Origin: Synechococcus sp.
GTDB taxonomy: Bacteria > Cyanobacteriota > Cyanobacteriia > PCC-6307 > Cyanobiaceae
Length of the DNA: 64,000 bases
Assembly (NCBI GenBank): GCA_047285805.1
Contig: JBJBCN010000002.1
Location: 480,001-544,000, forward strand
Reading direction: 5' to 3'
The notes under the pieces are model-generated. The model ran no database searches, had not been told where the DNA came from, and saw nothing but the letters and a program-made list of their open reading frames with translations. Shown in pieces: positions 8,791-19,312 of this stretch (its first letter is position 1; every line of letters starts with the position of its first letter). A program made the translations under genes and the position numbers.

Positions 8791-10230
8791 TTGGCGCAGT
8801 CGCCGAGTTCAGCCCCCCCGTTGACAGTTCCTCAGGTCTCAGCTGAATCCCCTGCGCCGAGGCCCTTGATCCTGGGGGAGCAGCTCAGCGCGAGTTTGTT
8901 CCGCCAAGGTCTACGCCATTGGCCATGGCTGGCAGCGGCCGGGGGTGGCTGGATGCTGTTCGAATCCATCCACGGTCCCCTGTCTTCGCTCGTGAGCGTG
9001 GGTGTGGCTGGCGCGGGCCTCTGGTTATTGGGAGGTCGGATGCGGCCGTCCGGTAAACAGCTGCCCCAGTCTTCCGAGGGCTGGTTGGAGCGCTGCGAGG
9101 CCGTTCTTGAGCAGTTCGAGACCCTCAACCGCAGCGGCAGCGACGAGACCCCAGCCCAGGACGAACGTTTCCAGCGGATTCAGGAGTTGCGCTGCTCCCA
9201 GCTGGATGTTCTGCGTCAGCGGCAACAGGAATCGGCGATCCACCTTGCCCTGGTGGGGACGGTGGCCTGGAGCGAACAGGACCAGAACACAATCCTGGAT
9301 CACTGCCCCTGCGTTCATCCCCTCAGGGTGCATCGCAGCCATGCCTTGCCCCTGTCTCCCCATTCATGGCTTTGGCCGGAGGCCTTTCGACAGTGCGAGC
9401 TGCTGCTGTATCGCCTGGATCTCCCGTTGACAGCGGCGGATCTTCGCTGGCTTGAAGCGCTTCCCGAACAGCAGCGTGTGGGGATTTTGGTGCGGACTCA
9501 GGCTGAGATAGGCGCCCCCCAACAGCTGCACCAGCTGGAGCAGCAGCTTCCTGTTCACCTTCGTGGGCGCTGTTGGCTTCTGGCTGATCAGGAGGCCTGT
9601 GCCTATCAGGATCTATCGGCTTGGTTGGCCGAGTCCACGCCCCTCAGCCGCGAGCGGAACCAACAGCGTTGCCTGCAGGAGCTGCATGACGCGTTGCAGC
9701 TCGAGCTTGAATGCCTGCGGCGTCAGCACTGGTCCAGGCTGCTGCAACGCACCCAATGGACCGTGGCGGCGGGCGTTGTGGTGGCTCCGCTCCCCAGCTT
9801 GGATCTGCTGGTTCTGGCCGCAGCCAATGGCTTGATGCTCCAAGAGATGGCTCGGCTTTGGAATTGTCCTTGGTCCCTTGAGCAATTGCAGGCGGCAGCA
9901 GCCCAGCTTGGAAAAGCAGCGCTGACGCTGGGGGTTGTGGAATGGAGCTCCCAAGCCCTGGCTTCTGTGATCAAGTGGCACGGCCCGACCTGGTTGCTCG
10001 GGGGTGCCATGCAGGCCCTGAGCGCCGCTTATCTGACTCGCGTTGTTGGCCGGGCAATGGCGGATTACATGGCGTTAGCTGCTGGTGTTCCCGAAGAGGA
10101 ATTGGAGGTGTTATTGCAGCGACAGGCCCCTCTGTTGGTGGCTCGGGCTGCTGAAGAAGAGAAGCTCAACTGGAACGCGTTTCTGACCTCAGCACAGCTG
10201 TGGTTGAAGCAGCAACCGCTGCCTGCTTGA
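8791..10230 (+). CDS. YcjF/DUF697 family membrane protein
   Basis: C-terminal QWTVAAGVVVAPLPSLDLLVLAAANGLMLQEMA...QALSAAYLTRVVG. Confidence 0.8.
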   Translation: MAQSPSSAPPLTVPQVSAESPAPRPLILGEQLSASLFRQGLRHWPWLAAAGGGWMLFESIHGPLSSLVSVGVAGAGLWLLGGRMRPSGKQLPQSSEGWLERCEAVLEQFETLNRSGSDETPAQDERFQRIQELRCSQLDVLRQRQQESAIHLALVGTVAWSEQDQNTILDHCPCVHPLRVHRSHALPLSPHSWLWPEAFRQCELLLYRLDLPLTAADLRWLEALPEQQRVGILVRTQAEIGAPQQLHQLEQQLPVHLRGRCWLLADQEACAYQDLSAWLAESTPLSRERNQQRCLQELHDALQLELECLRRQHWSRLLQRTQWTVAAGVVVAPLPSLDLLVLAAANGLMLQEMARLWNCPWSLEQLQAAAAQLGKAALTLGVVEWSSQALASVIKWHGPTWLLGGAMQALSAAYLTRVVGRAMADYMALAAGVPEEELEVLLQRQAPLLVARAAEEEKLNWNAFLTSAQLWLKQQPLPA

Positions 10231-10264
10231 GCACAAAGGCAGCCACATCGACTTGCTATACATA

Positions 10265-10297
10265 ACTTCATCAAGACTTCATGAAGGCTTCATGAAC
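10265..10297. repeat. three tandem 11-bp direct repeats upstream of psbA
   Basis: ACTTCATCAAG / ACTTCATGAAG / GCTTCATGAAC. Confidence 0.7.
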
Positions 10298-10415
10298 ATT
10301 TTGCTTCTTTTCTGAATTTAATTTTTGCTCCAGGAAATGTTTTCTAGGAGCCTCTAAGGTTTGCAGGCCGTATCTGCGGCATTCGTACTCATTTGGCTCA
10401 ATAGAGCCTCCCTCT

Positions 10416-11492
10416 ATGACCACTGCTCTTCGCAAGAGCGGCTCCAGTTCCTGGACGCAGTTTTGCGAGTGGGTCACCAGCACCGACAACCGCATCTATG
10501 TGGGTTGGTTCGGCGTCCTGATGATTCCTTGCCTGCTGGCCGCCACCATCTGCTACATCGTTGCCTTCATCGCCGCCCCGACGGTGGATATCGATGGCAT
10601 CCGTGAGCCTGTTGCTGGCTCCCTGATCTACGGAAACAACATCATTTCTGGTGCTGTTATCCCCTCCAGTAACGCCATCGGCCTGCACTTCTATCCCATC
10701 TGGGAAGCCGCCAGCCTCGACGAGTGGCTGTACAACGGTGGCCCCTATCAGTTGGTGGTTTTCCACTTCCTGATCGGCATCTCTTGCTACATGGGCCGTC
10801 AGTGGGAACTCTCCTACCGCCTCGGCATGCGCCCCTGGATCTGCGTGGCTTACAGCGCCCCGCTCTCTGCTGCTTTTGCAGTCTTCCTGGTGTATCCCTT
10901 CGGTCAGGGCTCCTTCTCGGATGGCATGCCTCTGGGCATCTCCGGTACCTTCAACTTCATGTTGGTGTTCCAGGCTGAGCACAACATCCTGATGCACCCC
11001 TTCCACATGCTTGGTGTGGCTGGTGTGTTCGGTGGTTCCCTGTTCTCCGCCATGCACGGCTCCCTGGTGACCTCTTCCCTGGTGCGTGAAACCACCGAGA
11101 GTGAGTCCCAGAACTACGGCTACAAGTTCGGCCAAGAGGAAGAGACCTACAACATCGTGGCTGCCCACGGTTACTTCGGTCGCCTGATCTTCCAATATGC
11201 GTCCTTTAACAACAGCCGCAGCCTCCACTTCTTCCTGGGCGCTTGGCCTGTTGTCGGTATCTGGTTCACCTCCATGGGCGTTAGCACCATGGCGTTCAAC
11301 CTGAACGGCTTCAACTTCAACCAGTCGATCCTGGATTCCCAGGGTCGTGTGCTGAACACCTGGGCTGACGTGCTGAACCGCGCCAACCTCGGTATGGAAG
11401 TGATGCACGAGCGCAACGCTCACAACTTCCCCCTCGACCTGGCTGCTGTTGAGTCCACCCCCGTGGCTCTGACTGCTCCCGCGATCGGTTGA
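10416..11492 (+). CDS. psbA: photosystem II D1 protein (D1:1-type, Gln at the position equivalent to residue 130)
   Basis: [44 protein letters not shown]. Confidence 0.99.
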   Translation: MTTALRKSGSSSWTQFCEWVTSTDNRIYVGWFGVLMIPCLLAATICYIVAFIAAPTVDIDGIREPVAGSLIYGNNIISGAVIPSSNAIGLHFYPIWEAASLDEWLYNGGPYQLVVFHFLIGISCYMGRQWELSYRLGMRPWICVAYSAPLSAAFAVFLVYPFGQGSFSDGMPLGISGTFNFMLVFQAEHNILMHPFHMLGVAGVFGGSLFSAMHGSLVTSSLVRETTESESQNYGYKFGQEEETYNIVAAHGYFGRLIFQYASFNNSRSLHFFLGAWPVVGIWFTSMGVSTMAFNLNGFNFNQSILDSQGRVLNTWADVLNRANLGMEVMHERNAHNFPLDLAAVESTPVALTAPAIG

Positions 11493-11525
11493 TCTCAAAC
11501 ACTGGCTGATTTCAGCCAAACCTGG

Positions 11526-11552
11526 GCCCCCCGCTTCGGCGGGGGCTTTTTT
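11526..11552 (+). terminator. rho-independent terminator of psbA
   Basis: CCCCCGC-TTCG-GCGGGGG hairpin followed by C and T6. Confidence 0.9.
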
Positions 11553-11600
11553 GTTGGCCTTGAGGGGTTTTGATGGGATTGCAGCTGTTTTGGCCTGTCG

Positions 11601-12428
11601 TTGTCTTCCGCTTCAGCCCTGTGCCCCCTGCGCTTGGCCGTGGTCGGCCATGTCGAGTGGGTGGAATTCCTTGCGGTTGATCAACTGCCCCGTCCTGGAG
11701 CCATTGGTCATGCACTGCGTACCCTGCAGGAACCCGCAGGCGGTGGCGCTGTCGTTGCGGTGCAGATGGCACGGTTGCTCCAGCAGCCCGTCCAGTTCTT
11801 CACGGCCATGGGCCGCGATGAAGTTGGGCAAGCCTGCGTGCAGCGCCTCGAGCAACTGGGCCTTGAGGTTCACGTCGCTTGGAGGGAGGCCCCAACCCGG
11901 CGGGGCCTGAGCTTGGTGGATGGCGAGGGGGACCGGGCGATCACCGTGATCGGTGAGCGGCTGACCCCAACCCTTGAGGACCCACTGCCTTGGTCGGCCC
12001 TCGCCGATTGCGATGGCCTCTTTGTCACTGCCGCCGATGCCCCTTTGTTGAAGGCCTGCCGTGCTGCTGCAGTGCTGGCTGCGACTCCGCGGGTTCGTCT
12101 GCCTGTGTTGCAGGAGGCCCGGGTGGCCCTCGACGCCTTGATTGGCAGTGGCCTTGACCCAGCGGAGCGGGTGGATCCGGCGCAGTTGAACCCACCACCG
12201 CAGACGCTGATCCGCACGGAGGGTTCCTCGGGGGGACTCAGTCTTCCAGGCGGACGCTATGCGCCTGCAGCGCTTCCGGGGCCGATGGTGGAGAGCTACG
12301 GCTGTGGTGACAGCTTTGCGGCGGGGGTAGTAACGGGCTTGGCTGCTCGCTGGTCCCTGGCACAGGCCATCGCCTTGGGGGCCCAGTGTGGTGCGGCCTG
12401 TGCGACGCGCTTTGGCCCCTATGGCTAG
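11601..12428 (+). CDS. PfkB family carbohydrate kinase
   Basis: AVVGHVEW, PAGGGAVVA, C-terminal ESYGCGDSFAAG. Confidence 0.88.
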   Translation: MSSASALCPLRLAVVGHVEWVEFLAVDQLPRPGAIGHALRTLQEPAGGGAVVAVQMARLLQQPVQFFTAMGRDEVGQACVQRLEQLGLEVHVAWREAPTRRGLSLVDGEGDRAITVIGERLTPTLEDPLPWSALADCDGLFVTAADAPLLKACRAAAVLAATPRVRLPVLQEARVALDALIGSGLDPAERVDPAQLNPPPQTLIRTEGSSGGLSLPGGRYAPAALPGPMVESYGCGDSFAAGVVTGLAARWSLAQAIALGAQCGAACATRFGPYG

Positions 12429-12555
12429 TTAACTGGGACGCTTGGGCCTGCGGGTGCTCAGGGTGACCTTTACCACGGCCTCGATCATCGAGTAGCTCCG
12501 CTCCGATTGGACCGGTGGTGGCTTGGCTGCTTTTTGTGCAGTTGGAGCGCCGTCT

Positions 12556-12849
12556 TCAAGCGGGCTCCACGGATGAACCCGAAGAGCCATTGAGCTGACT
12601 GACGCTGACCCCCGCCGGTGCGCAGAGGTAGGTCCCGTCCCCCACCCGCTCCACGCGGCCATCGAGGGCGAGGACCGCACCCGCCACAAAATCCAAGATC
12701 CGCTGGGATTCGCTCAGCTCCATCCCTTCGAGCTGGAGCACAACGCACTGCCGCTCTCGGACGGACTCCACGGCATCACTGGCCTGCTCGAACTGCTGAC
12801 AGCGCAGCACCGTCACCTGCGGCAGCCAGATACCAAATGGTGTCTGCAT
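12556..12849 (-). CDS. sepF: short SepF-family protein
   Basis: FEQASDAVESVRERQCVVLQLE...QRILDFVAGAVLALDG...YLCAP, the SepF core; ATG 12849 chosen as start. Confidence 0.8.
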   Translation of the reverse strand: MQTPFGIWLPQVTVLRCQQFEQASDAVESVRERQCVVLQLEGMELSESQRILDFVAGAVLALDGRVERVGDGTYLCAPAGVSVSQLNGSSGSSVEPA

Positions 12850-13013
12850 GGCCCGTTCGAGCAACGCTGTCCGTGTTCTGCCCCATGGACGAGCCTCTGT
12901 CCAGGTGCAGCGGGTATGGGCCGTGATTGTTGAAACGTGCGTGGATCGATCGATCCATTCACCTATGGCCTTCTGGCCTGCGATCATCGAAACAGCTTTG
13001 CCGAGGACGGGGC

Positions 13014-13811
13014 TTGCAAGCACTGGACCACCAGATACTGCTGGCCTTCCTCCTCACCCTCGGAGCAGGTCTTTCGACCGGCATCGGCAGTTGGCTCGGG
13101 GTGCTCAGCCGCCGTTTCAGCCCAGGCCTGCTGACCACCGCCTTGAGCTTCTCGGCCGGCGTCATGATCTTTGTGTCCTTCGTGGAAATTTTCCCGAAGG
13201 CGCGTCAGTCTCTGACACCTGCCATGGGCACCAGCACCGCTTACCTTGTGACGGTCCTGGCATTTTTTGCGGGGATGTTGGCGCTGGCGCTGATCGATCG
13301 GATGCTGCCGTCCCATGAGCTGGCGATCTTGCCATTGCGTGAGGGTGGTGATTCATCCGCCCTAATGCGTACGGGCCTGTTCTCGGCCCTCGCCATCGCG
13401 ATCCATAACTTCCCCGAGGGGCTCGCCACCTTTGTGGCGGCCCTCTCCGAGCCCCGGCTTGGCATTGGCATCGCCATTGCCATCGCTATTCACAACATTC
13501 CTGAGGGGTTGGCGGTGTCAGCCCCCGTCTATTACGCGACCGGCAGCCGCAGTAAGGCCTTCTGGATTTCCTTTGCCTCCGGATTGGCGGAACCGTTTGG
13601 AGCGCTCATCGGCTATCTCTTCCTACGATCGTTCCTCAACGACGTGGTCCTTGGTCTGGTCTTCTCCAGCGTTGCCGGAATCATGATCTATATCTGCTTT
13701 GACGAGCTGCTGCCGGCGGCGCAGCGTACCGGTGCGAAGCACCATCTGATGATGGTTGGCGTGACTACCGGAATGTTGGTGATGAGCATCAGCTTGGTGA
13801 TGCTCAGTTAA
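13014..13811 (+). CDS. zupT: ZIP family zinc transporter
   Basis: LTLGAGLSTGIG, IAIHNFPEG, IAIHNIPEG, SGLAEP, DELLP; start uncertain. Confidence 0.92.
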   Translation: MQALDHQILLAFLLTLGAGLSTGIGSWLGVLSRRFSPGLLTTALSFSAGVMIFVSFVEIFPKARQSLTPAMGTSTAYLVTVLAFFAGMLALALIDRMLPSHELAILPLREGGDSSALMRTGLFSALAIAIHNFPEGLATFVAALSEPRLGIGIAIAIAIHNIPEGLAVSAPVYYATGSRSKAFWISFASGLAEPFGALIGYLFLRSFLNDVVLGLVFSSVAGIMIYICFDELLPAAQRTGAKHHLMMVGVTTGMLVMSISLVMLS

Positions 13812-13819
13812 CGCGCCCG

Positions 13820-14980
13820 ATGGTTGCCGTTTCTGATCAACGCTGGCCGTGGTGGCCGCTGCTGCCGCTCTATCCCTACGGACGCAAGCGCACCTTGGTG
13901 CGCGAATTGATCCCTGAGCAGCTCTGGAGCTTCGAGCAGTTGCAGGGTGTCTTCTATGTCGCGGTCCCCATCCGCATGACCGTGGTCCGGGTGCGGGGGG
14001 GCTTGATGCTTTATGCCCCCGTGGCGCCCACCGCAGAGGTCCGCCAAGGGCTGAAGGACCTTGAGGAGCGCTTTGGACCGGTCAGGACGATCGTTTTGCC
14101 GACGGCTTCAGGGTTGGAACACAAGTTGCCAGTTCCGCCCATGGCCCGGGCCTTTCCATTGGCGGACGTCTGGATCACCCCAGGCCAGTGGAGTTTTCCG
14201 ATCAATTTGCCCATGTCCTGGCTGGGCTTCCCCCGGGGGCGGACACGGGTTCTGCAGGAGCAGGGCTACCCCCATGCTGACGAGCTCAGCTGGTCATCCC
14301 TAGGCCCTCTCGATCTGGGCTTGGGGCGTTTCCAGGAATTTGCCTGTTTGCACCAGGCCAGTGGCTCACTGCTTCTCACCGATGCCTTGGTCGCCATCAA
14401 TCCAACACCGCCACCCATCTTTGATCTCGACCCGACGCCCCTTTTGTTCCACGCGCGTGACAGTGGTGACCAGCTGCTGACGGACACCCCGGAATTCCGC
14501 CAGAAGGGCTGGGAACGCTTGGCTCTCTTTGCCTCGTTTCTACGGCCGGAGGCCCTTCAGGTCCTCCCCATTGCAGAGTTGTTGGAGAAGGCCTTCAAGC
14601 CCGGCTGTCGATCGGCCCGCAGTTACTTCGGCTTGTTTCCCTTTCATTGGCGCTCGAGTTCCCGCGAGGCTTTTCTCGCGTTGAGCCAGAAGAGCGGCAC
14701 GCTGCTGGTGGTGCCAGTGCTTGAGCGACTGGTCTTTCCGCGGGCCCGCCCCGTCCTGGTCCGTTGGCTGAAGGAGTTGTCACAACTGCCGCAGGTGCGC
14801 TGGCTGGTGCCAGCCCACTACGACGCTCCGGTTCCCTGCTCCAATGACCAGCTCGCCCAGCTAGCCCAGGCGTTCGAGGCTCGTCAATGGGCTCCGTCCG
14901 AGGGCAACTGGGATTACCTGGCCTCCATCGACCGGCTGCTGCTGCGCATCGGTGTGGTGCCCAGTGAGGAGTCCATTTAA
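13820..14980 (+). CDS. DUF4336 domain protein
   Basis: WPWWPLLPLYPYG, VPIRMTVV, SGLEHK, VPAHY. Confidence 0.85.
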   Translation: MVAVSDQRWPWWPLLPLYPYGRKRTLVRELIPEQLWSFEQLQGVFYVAVPIRMTVVRVRGGLMLYAPVAPTAEVRQGLKDLEERFGPVRTIVLPTASGLEHKLPVPPMARAFPLADVWITPGQWSFPINLPMSWLGFPRGRTRVLQEQGYPHADELSWSSLGPLDLGLGRFQEFACLHQASGSLLLTDALVAINPTPPPIFDLDPTPLLFHARDSGDQLLTDTPEFRQKGWERLALFASFLRPEALQVLPIAELLEKAFKPGCRSARSYFGLFPFHWRSSSREAFLALSQKSGTLLVVPVLERLVFPRARPVLVRWLKELSQLPQVRWLVPAHYDAPVPCSNDQLAQLAQAFEARQWAPSEGNWDYLASIDRLLLRIGVVPSEESI

Positions 14981-14983
14981 GGC

Positions 14984-15331
14984 CTAGAGTCGCAGCTCCC
15001 CGGGGTTGGCCTCGGCACCGCCATCGTCAAACAAGGTGGATTCCAGCTCCATCCGCTGCTCCATTTGACGCAGGAAGTAGCCGGTCATCATCGCGGAGGC
15101 CAGCAACCCCGCCAGCTGGTCGCGGCTGGAGGTGATCTTCACGTCGAACTGTTCGCCGGGGATCATCCCCAGCAGGCCTTGGACGTTGTGCCGAATGATG
15201 TCCTGGATATCGTCGCTGGCCGAGCGAGCCACGCGTTGCAACACGTCCGGAGACTGATCCTGCAGATACTGAATCAGGGAGTTGCTGCTGATCGGTTCGC
15301 TGTCGCTGGTCAGGAACTCCGGGTTGAACAT
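14984..15331 (-). CDS. DUF760 domain protein
   Basis: MFNPEFL...LIQYLQ...LLASAMMTGYFLRQMEQR. Confidence 0.88.
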   Translation of the reverse strand: MFNPEFLTSDSEPISSNSLIQYLQDQSPDVLQRVARSASDDIQDIIRHNVQGLLGMIPGEQFDVKITSSRDQLAGLLASAMMTGYFLRQMEQRMELESTLFDDGGAEANPGELRL

Positions 15332-15360
15332 TCCGGCGTGCTCCACGTGAGCTCTGCACC

Positions 15361-15963
15361 CTACCCCAGCTGATTGTCGGCACCTGGGGCGGGGAACCGA
15401 ATCAGGCCGGCACGATTCAGGGGCCAGTAGCGGATCACCGCGGTGCCGATTAAATCCTTCTCTGGCAGGGGGCCCCACACGTGGGAATCGAGGCTGGAAT
15501 TGCGGTTGTCCCCCAAGACCAGGAGGTGGTGATCGGGAACCGTCACCGGGCCGAAGGTGTAGTCGATAGCTTCGCGGCGCCAGGGTTCAGAGACCCCCTT
15601 GCCATTGCGCAGGAGCATCCCGTCACGCACTTCCACCACGTCCCCGGGTTGGCCGATGACCCGTTTGATCAAGGCCGCCGTTGGGTCGTAGCCGGCCGCC
15701 ACCAGTGGTTCCGGGGCGCGAAAGACAACGATGCTTCCCGTTGGCACGCCGGAGCCGAGCTTCGGTCTGACCTTTTCCACGAGAATCCGGTCCTTGAGTT
15801 CCAGGGTGGGCAGCATCGAGCCCGAGGGAATCCAGCGCGGTTCCAGGACCGCCCAGCGCAGCACCAGGGCCAAGCCCAGCCAGACCAGGACGGACCTCCA
15901 GCCCTTTGCGACAGACCCAGGTGCTTGCGGCGGTGTCTCCATGGGTTGGGCTTGGGCCGTCAT
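15361..15963 (-). CDS. lepB: signal peptidase I
   Basis: EPRWIPSGSMLPTL, LIKRVIG, LGDNRNSSLDSH.WG. Confidence 0.96.
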   Translation of the reverse strand: MTAQAQPMETPPQAPGSVAKGWRSVLVWLGLALVLRWAVLEPRWIPSGSMLPTLELKDRILVEKVRPKLGSGVPTGSIVVFRAPEPLVAAGYDPTAALIKRVIGQPGDVVEVRDGMLLRNGKGVSEPWRREAIDYTFGPVTVPDHHLLVLGDNRNSSLDSHVWGPLPEKDLIGTAVIRYWPLNRAGLIRFPAPGADNQLG

Positions 15964-15995
15964 GATCGTCACATCCTGATCAACGGCCCGCTGCG

Positions 15996-17765
15996 GTGCC
16001 TCTTCCCGCGCCCCACCCCTGTAGTGCCGAGGCGAATCTTCAGGCCTCCTTGGCACTCTTGCTGGAGCTCCAACGCCAGGGGTTGCGGCGTTTGGTGCTG
16101 TGTCCGGGGAGCCGCTCAGCCCCATTGGCCCTGGCGGCGGGTCTGCTGGCCGAGCGGGGATTGGACCTGTACTGCGGCGTGGATGAGCGATCGGCTGCGT
16201 TCCTCGCCCTGGGTTTGAGCCGAGGCGACGGCATCCCTGCCGCCCTGGTGACCACCTCCGGAACCGCCGTGGCCAACTTGCTGCCTGCCGTTGTCGAGGC
16301 TGATTTTGGTGCGATTCCGCTTCTGGTGCTTAGTGCGGATCGACCGAGCCGATTGAAGGATTGTGGTGCCAATCAGACTGTCAATCAGGAGACGTTCTTG
16401 GCGACCTCGTGCCGGCGTTTTCTGCAGGGGGATTCCAGGGGCCTGGCTGCCATGGAGGCTGGGGCGTTGCAGGACCTCGCCCGGGAGGCCTGGGCCTCAG
16501 CGTTGGCCTCTCCCTGGGGGCCTGTGCACTGCAACCTCCCCTTTGAGGAGCCCCTGCATGCCTCGGCGGAGAGCCTCAGCCGGCTGCAGGCGGAGCTGGG
16601 TTCGCTGGTTCTCGAGGTCGTCCGCGGCGATAACGGCGTTGCTGAGCCAGAGGCCCCCCCTCTCCTTTTGGACTTCGATCGTCCAGGCGTGGTGGTGGCC
16701 GGCCCCTGGCGCGATAGCGCCGAGGCCCTGCCAGGCTTTGCCGCAGCCTTACAAGGTCTGCAAGAGCGCACTGGCTGGCCAGTGTTTGCGGACGTGCTCT
16801 CCGGGTTGCGGGGCTGGCCAGGGCTCGAGTGCATCCACAGCTATGACTTGCTGTTGGCGGATGGCCATCGCTTGCCGCCCTCCCCTCAGCTGCTGCGCCT
16901 GGGCCCGGTGCCTGCCAGTCGCAGGCTCCAGGGATGGATTCAGCAGTGCGCCGGCCCCCAGCTGTTGGTGAGCGAGGGGGACCCCCGCAACCTCGATGCC
17001 CTCGGTGGCGCAACGGCGCGCTGGTCCATGGGCTTGGCGTCCTGGTGGCATCAGTTGTCTGGCGACCAGGGGCAAGGGCGCCCTTCGAGCGAGAACAAGC
17101 GTTGGCGCGGCCTCTGGCTCTCCGCCGAGCAGCATGTCCAGCGTCGCCTGGATGCGGACCTAGCTGGTTCGTCCCCTTCCGAGCCTGCGTTGGCCCGTTG
17201 CCTCAGCCGTCTTCTTCCGGCCGATTGGGGCCTGATGCTCGCCAGCAGCAGTCCCGTGCGGGATTGGGAGAGTTTTTCGGCAGCGGATGCCCCTTGCCGC
17301 CGGACCAATGGCTTCCGCGGGGCCTCAGGCATTGACGGCACGCTCTCCATCGCGGCTGGCTTGGCCTGCAGCACCGGTCCAACCCTCCTGATAACCGGCG
17401 ATCTGGCCCTTCTGCACGATGCCAATGGATGGCTGTGGCACCAGCAGCTGCAGGCGCGTGGTGCGCGCTTGACGGTCGTGATGGTGGACAACGGCGGCGG
17501 GGGGATCTTTGAGCAGTTGCCGATCCGCCCGGCCCTTGACTTCGAGCGTCTATTCGCCATGCCCCAAGCCCTGGACCACCAGCGTTGGGCCGCGGGCTAT
17601 GGCATTCCTTCCCGCGATGTCGCGAGCCTGGAGGCCTTGCCTGAGGCCTTATCTTGGGCGCTAGAGCACACCCTGAGCCTGTTGGTGCTGCGCACGGATC
17701 GCCAGGCGGATGCCCAGTTGCGTCAGGCCTTGCGCCGCACAATGGTCCAACTCGCCACCAGCTGA
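15996..17765 (+). CDS. menD: SEPHCHC synthase
   Basis: [48 protein letters not shown]. Confidence 0.95.
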   Translation: MPLPAPHPCSAEANLQASLALLLELQRQGLRRLVLCPGSRSAPLALAAGLLAERGLDLYCGVDERSAAFLALGLSRGDGIPAALVTTSGTAVANLLPAVVEADFGAIPLLVLSADRPSRLKDCGANQTVNQETFLATSCRRFLQGDSRGLAAMEAGALQDLAREAWASALASPWGPVHCNLPFEEPLHASAESLSRLQAELGSLVLEVVRGDNGVAEPEAPPLLLDFDRPGVVVAGPWRDSAEALPGFAAALQGLQERTGWPVFADVLSGLRGWPGLECIHSYDLLLADGHRLPPSPQLLRLGPVPASRRLQGWIQQCAGPQLLVSEGDPRNLDALGGATARWSMGLASWWHQLSGDQGQGRPSSENKRWRGLWLSAEQHVQRRLDADLAGSSPSEPALARCLSRLLPADWGLMLASSSPVRDWESFSAADAPCRRTNGFRGASGIDGTLSIAAGLACSTGPTLLITGDLALLHDANGWLWHQQLQARGARLTVVMVDNGGGGIFEQLPIRPALDFERLFAMPQALDHQRWAAGYGIPSRDVASLEALPEALSWALEHTLSLLVLRTDRQADAQLRQALRRTMVQLATS

Positions 17766-18616
17766 TGTCAGCCGCTTCGGCCGCCGTGCAGTGGATCCCC
17801 CAGGGCTCCTATGAGGACATCCTGTTTGATCTGAGCGACGAGGGCATTGCCAGAATCCAGATCAACCGCCCCCAGAAGCGCAACGCGTTCCGTCCGAAGA
17901 CCGTCAGCGAACTCTTTGATGCGTTCTCACGGGTGCGGGACAACCCCAAGGTGGGCGTGGTTCTCTTCAGCGGCGTTGGCCCGGCCTCCGATGGGGGCTA
18001 CGCCTTCTGCGCTGGCGGCGATCAGAGCGTGCGCGGGGACGGTGGCTACATCGGTGACGACGGTCTGCCGCGTCTGAATGTTCTCGATTTGCAGCGGCTG
18101 ATTCGCAGCCTCCCGAAGGTTGTGATCGCCTTGGTGGCGGGCTACGCAATCGGCGGCGGTCAGGTGTTGCACCTGCTCTGTGACCTCAGCCTGGCGGCCG
18201 AGAATGCCCGTTTTGGCCAGACAGGCCCCCGTGTGGGCAGCTTCGACGGCGGCTTTGGTGCTGGTTATCTCGCCAGGGTCGTCGGCCAGCGCAAGGCCCG
18301 GGAGATTTGGTTTCTCTGCCGCCAGTACGGCTCCAAGGAGGCCTTGGAGATGGGCTTGGTGAATGCGGTGGTTCCACTCGATCAGTTGGAGGCGGAGGGT
18401 GTGCTTTGGGCGCGTGAAGTGATGCAACACAGCCCGACGGCGATCCGCTGCCTCAAGGCGGCCTTCAACGCCGAGACGGATGGCCTGGCTGGCATTCAGG
18501 AATTGGCCGGTCAAGCCACTCATCTCTTCTATCGAACGGAGGAGGGGCAAGAGGGCAGAAATGCCTTTCTGGAGAAGCGCCCCCCTGATTTTTCGGGGTC
18601 CGACTGGCTGCCCTAG
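17765..18616 (+). CDS. menB: 1,4-dihydroxy-2-naphthoyl-CoA synthase
   Basis: [33 protein letters not shown] overlaps the menD TGA. Confidence 0.97.
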   Translation: MSAASAAVQWIPQGSYEDILFDLSDEGIARIQINRPQKRNAFRPKTVSELFDAFSRVRDNPKVGVVLFSGVGPASDGGYAFCAGGDQSVRGDGGYIGDDGLPRLNVLDLQRLIRSLPKVVIALVAGYAIGGGQVLHLLCDLSLAAENARFGQTGPRVGSFDGGFGAGYLARVVGQRKAREIWFLCRQYGSKEALEMGLVNAVVPLDQLEAEGVLWAREVMQHSPTAIRCLKAAFNAETDGLAGIQELAGQATHLFYRTEEGQEGRNAFLEKRPPDFSGSDWLP

Positions 18617-18665
18617 CAAAGCCTGAGTCTCGTAGCTAGTCCTGGGTGAGACTGTTTCTTGGTTC

Positions 18666-19271
18666 GTGGTGTTCTCCCGCTCGACCGGCGTTGCCCTCCT
18701 GGCGCCCCTCGCCTTGGCCTTGCTTCCCCAGGTCGCCGAGGCGCGCCAACCGGACCCCATCCCCCCTCCGGCGCCAGTTATCAGTGATGCGGTGGCCCTC
18801 TCGCGCATTCCCGTTGAGCTCAAGAGCCAGGAGGGTCTGCACCTGGTCCTGGATCGCCAGACCCGGCAGCTGATGGTGATGAAGGACGGCCGCATGCTGC
18901 ACCGTTATCCGGCCGCAGTCGGCACGGACGGTTGGGAAACCCCCGCCGGTACTCATCGGGTTCTCCAGAAAGTGGCCAAGCCGGTTTGGCAGCATCCGGG
19001 CAATGGAAGCCAGGTGGGGCAAGGCCCGAAGAATCCACTCGGGTCCCGCTGGATTGGCTTCCACCGCAATTGCACCCCGAAGGAAAACGCCTGGGACGGT
19101 GAGCGCTATCTCAGCGTGAATGGCTGCACGGTGGCGGGATTCCATGGCACTCCCCATCGCTGGACTGTCGGTCGCGCCGTTTCCCACGGTTGCGTGCGCC
19201 TGTACGAGGAAAACGTCCAGGAAGTGTTTGAGCTCGTCGAAGTCGGCACCTTGGTGACGGTTCTTCCCTGA
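18666..19271 (+). CDS. L,D-transpeptidase (YkuD family)
   Basis: ETPAG, NPLGSRW, GFHGT...VSHGCVRL; signal peptide. Confidence 0.92.
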   Translation: MVFSRSTGVALLAPLALALLPQVAEARQPDPIPPPAPVISDAVALSRIPVELKSQEGLHLVLDRQTRQLMVMKDGRMLHRYPAAVGTDGWETPAGTHRVLQKVAKPVWQHPGNGSQVGQGPKNPLGSRWIGFHRNCTPKENAWDGERYLSVNGCTVAGFHGTPHRWTVGRAVSHGCVRLYEENVQEVFELVEVGTLVTVLP

Positions 19272-19312
19272 ACACTGCCCGTAAAGTTGCCCCCACTTGC
19301 GAACCCATCGCC

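Noticed and set aside
10398..11519. 373-aa ORF antisense to psbA
   Set aside because: In-register shadow ORF caused by codon bias; no recognisable motifs. The same applies to long antisense ORFs over thrS, menB, glgA, glmU and umuC.
12429..12555. Small minus-strand ORF ending MIEAVVKVTLSTRRPKRPS
   Set aside because: Too short, with no SD or recognisable motif; cannot be supported.
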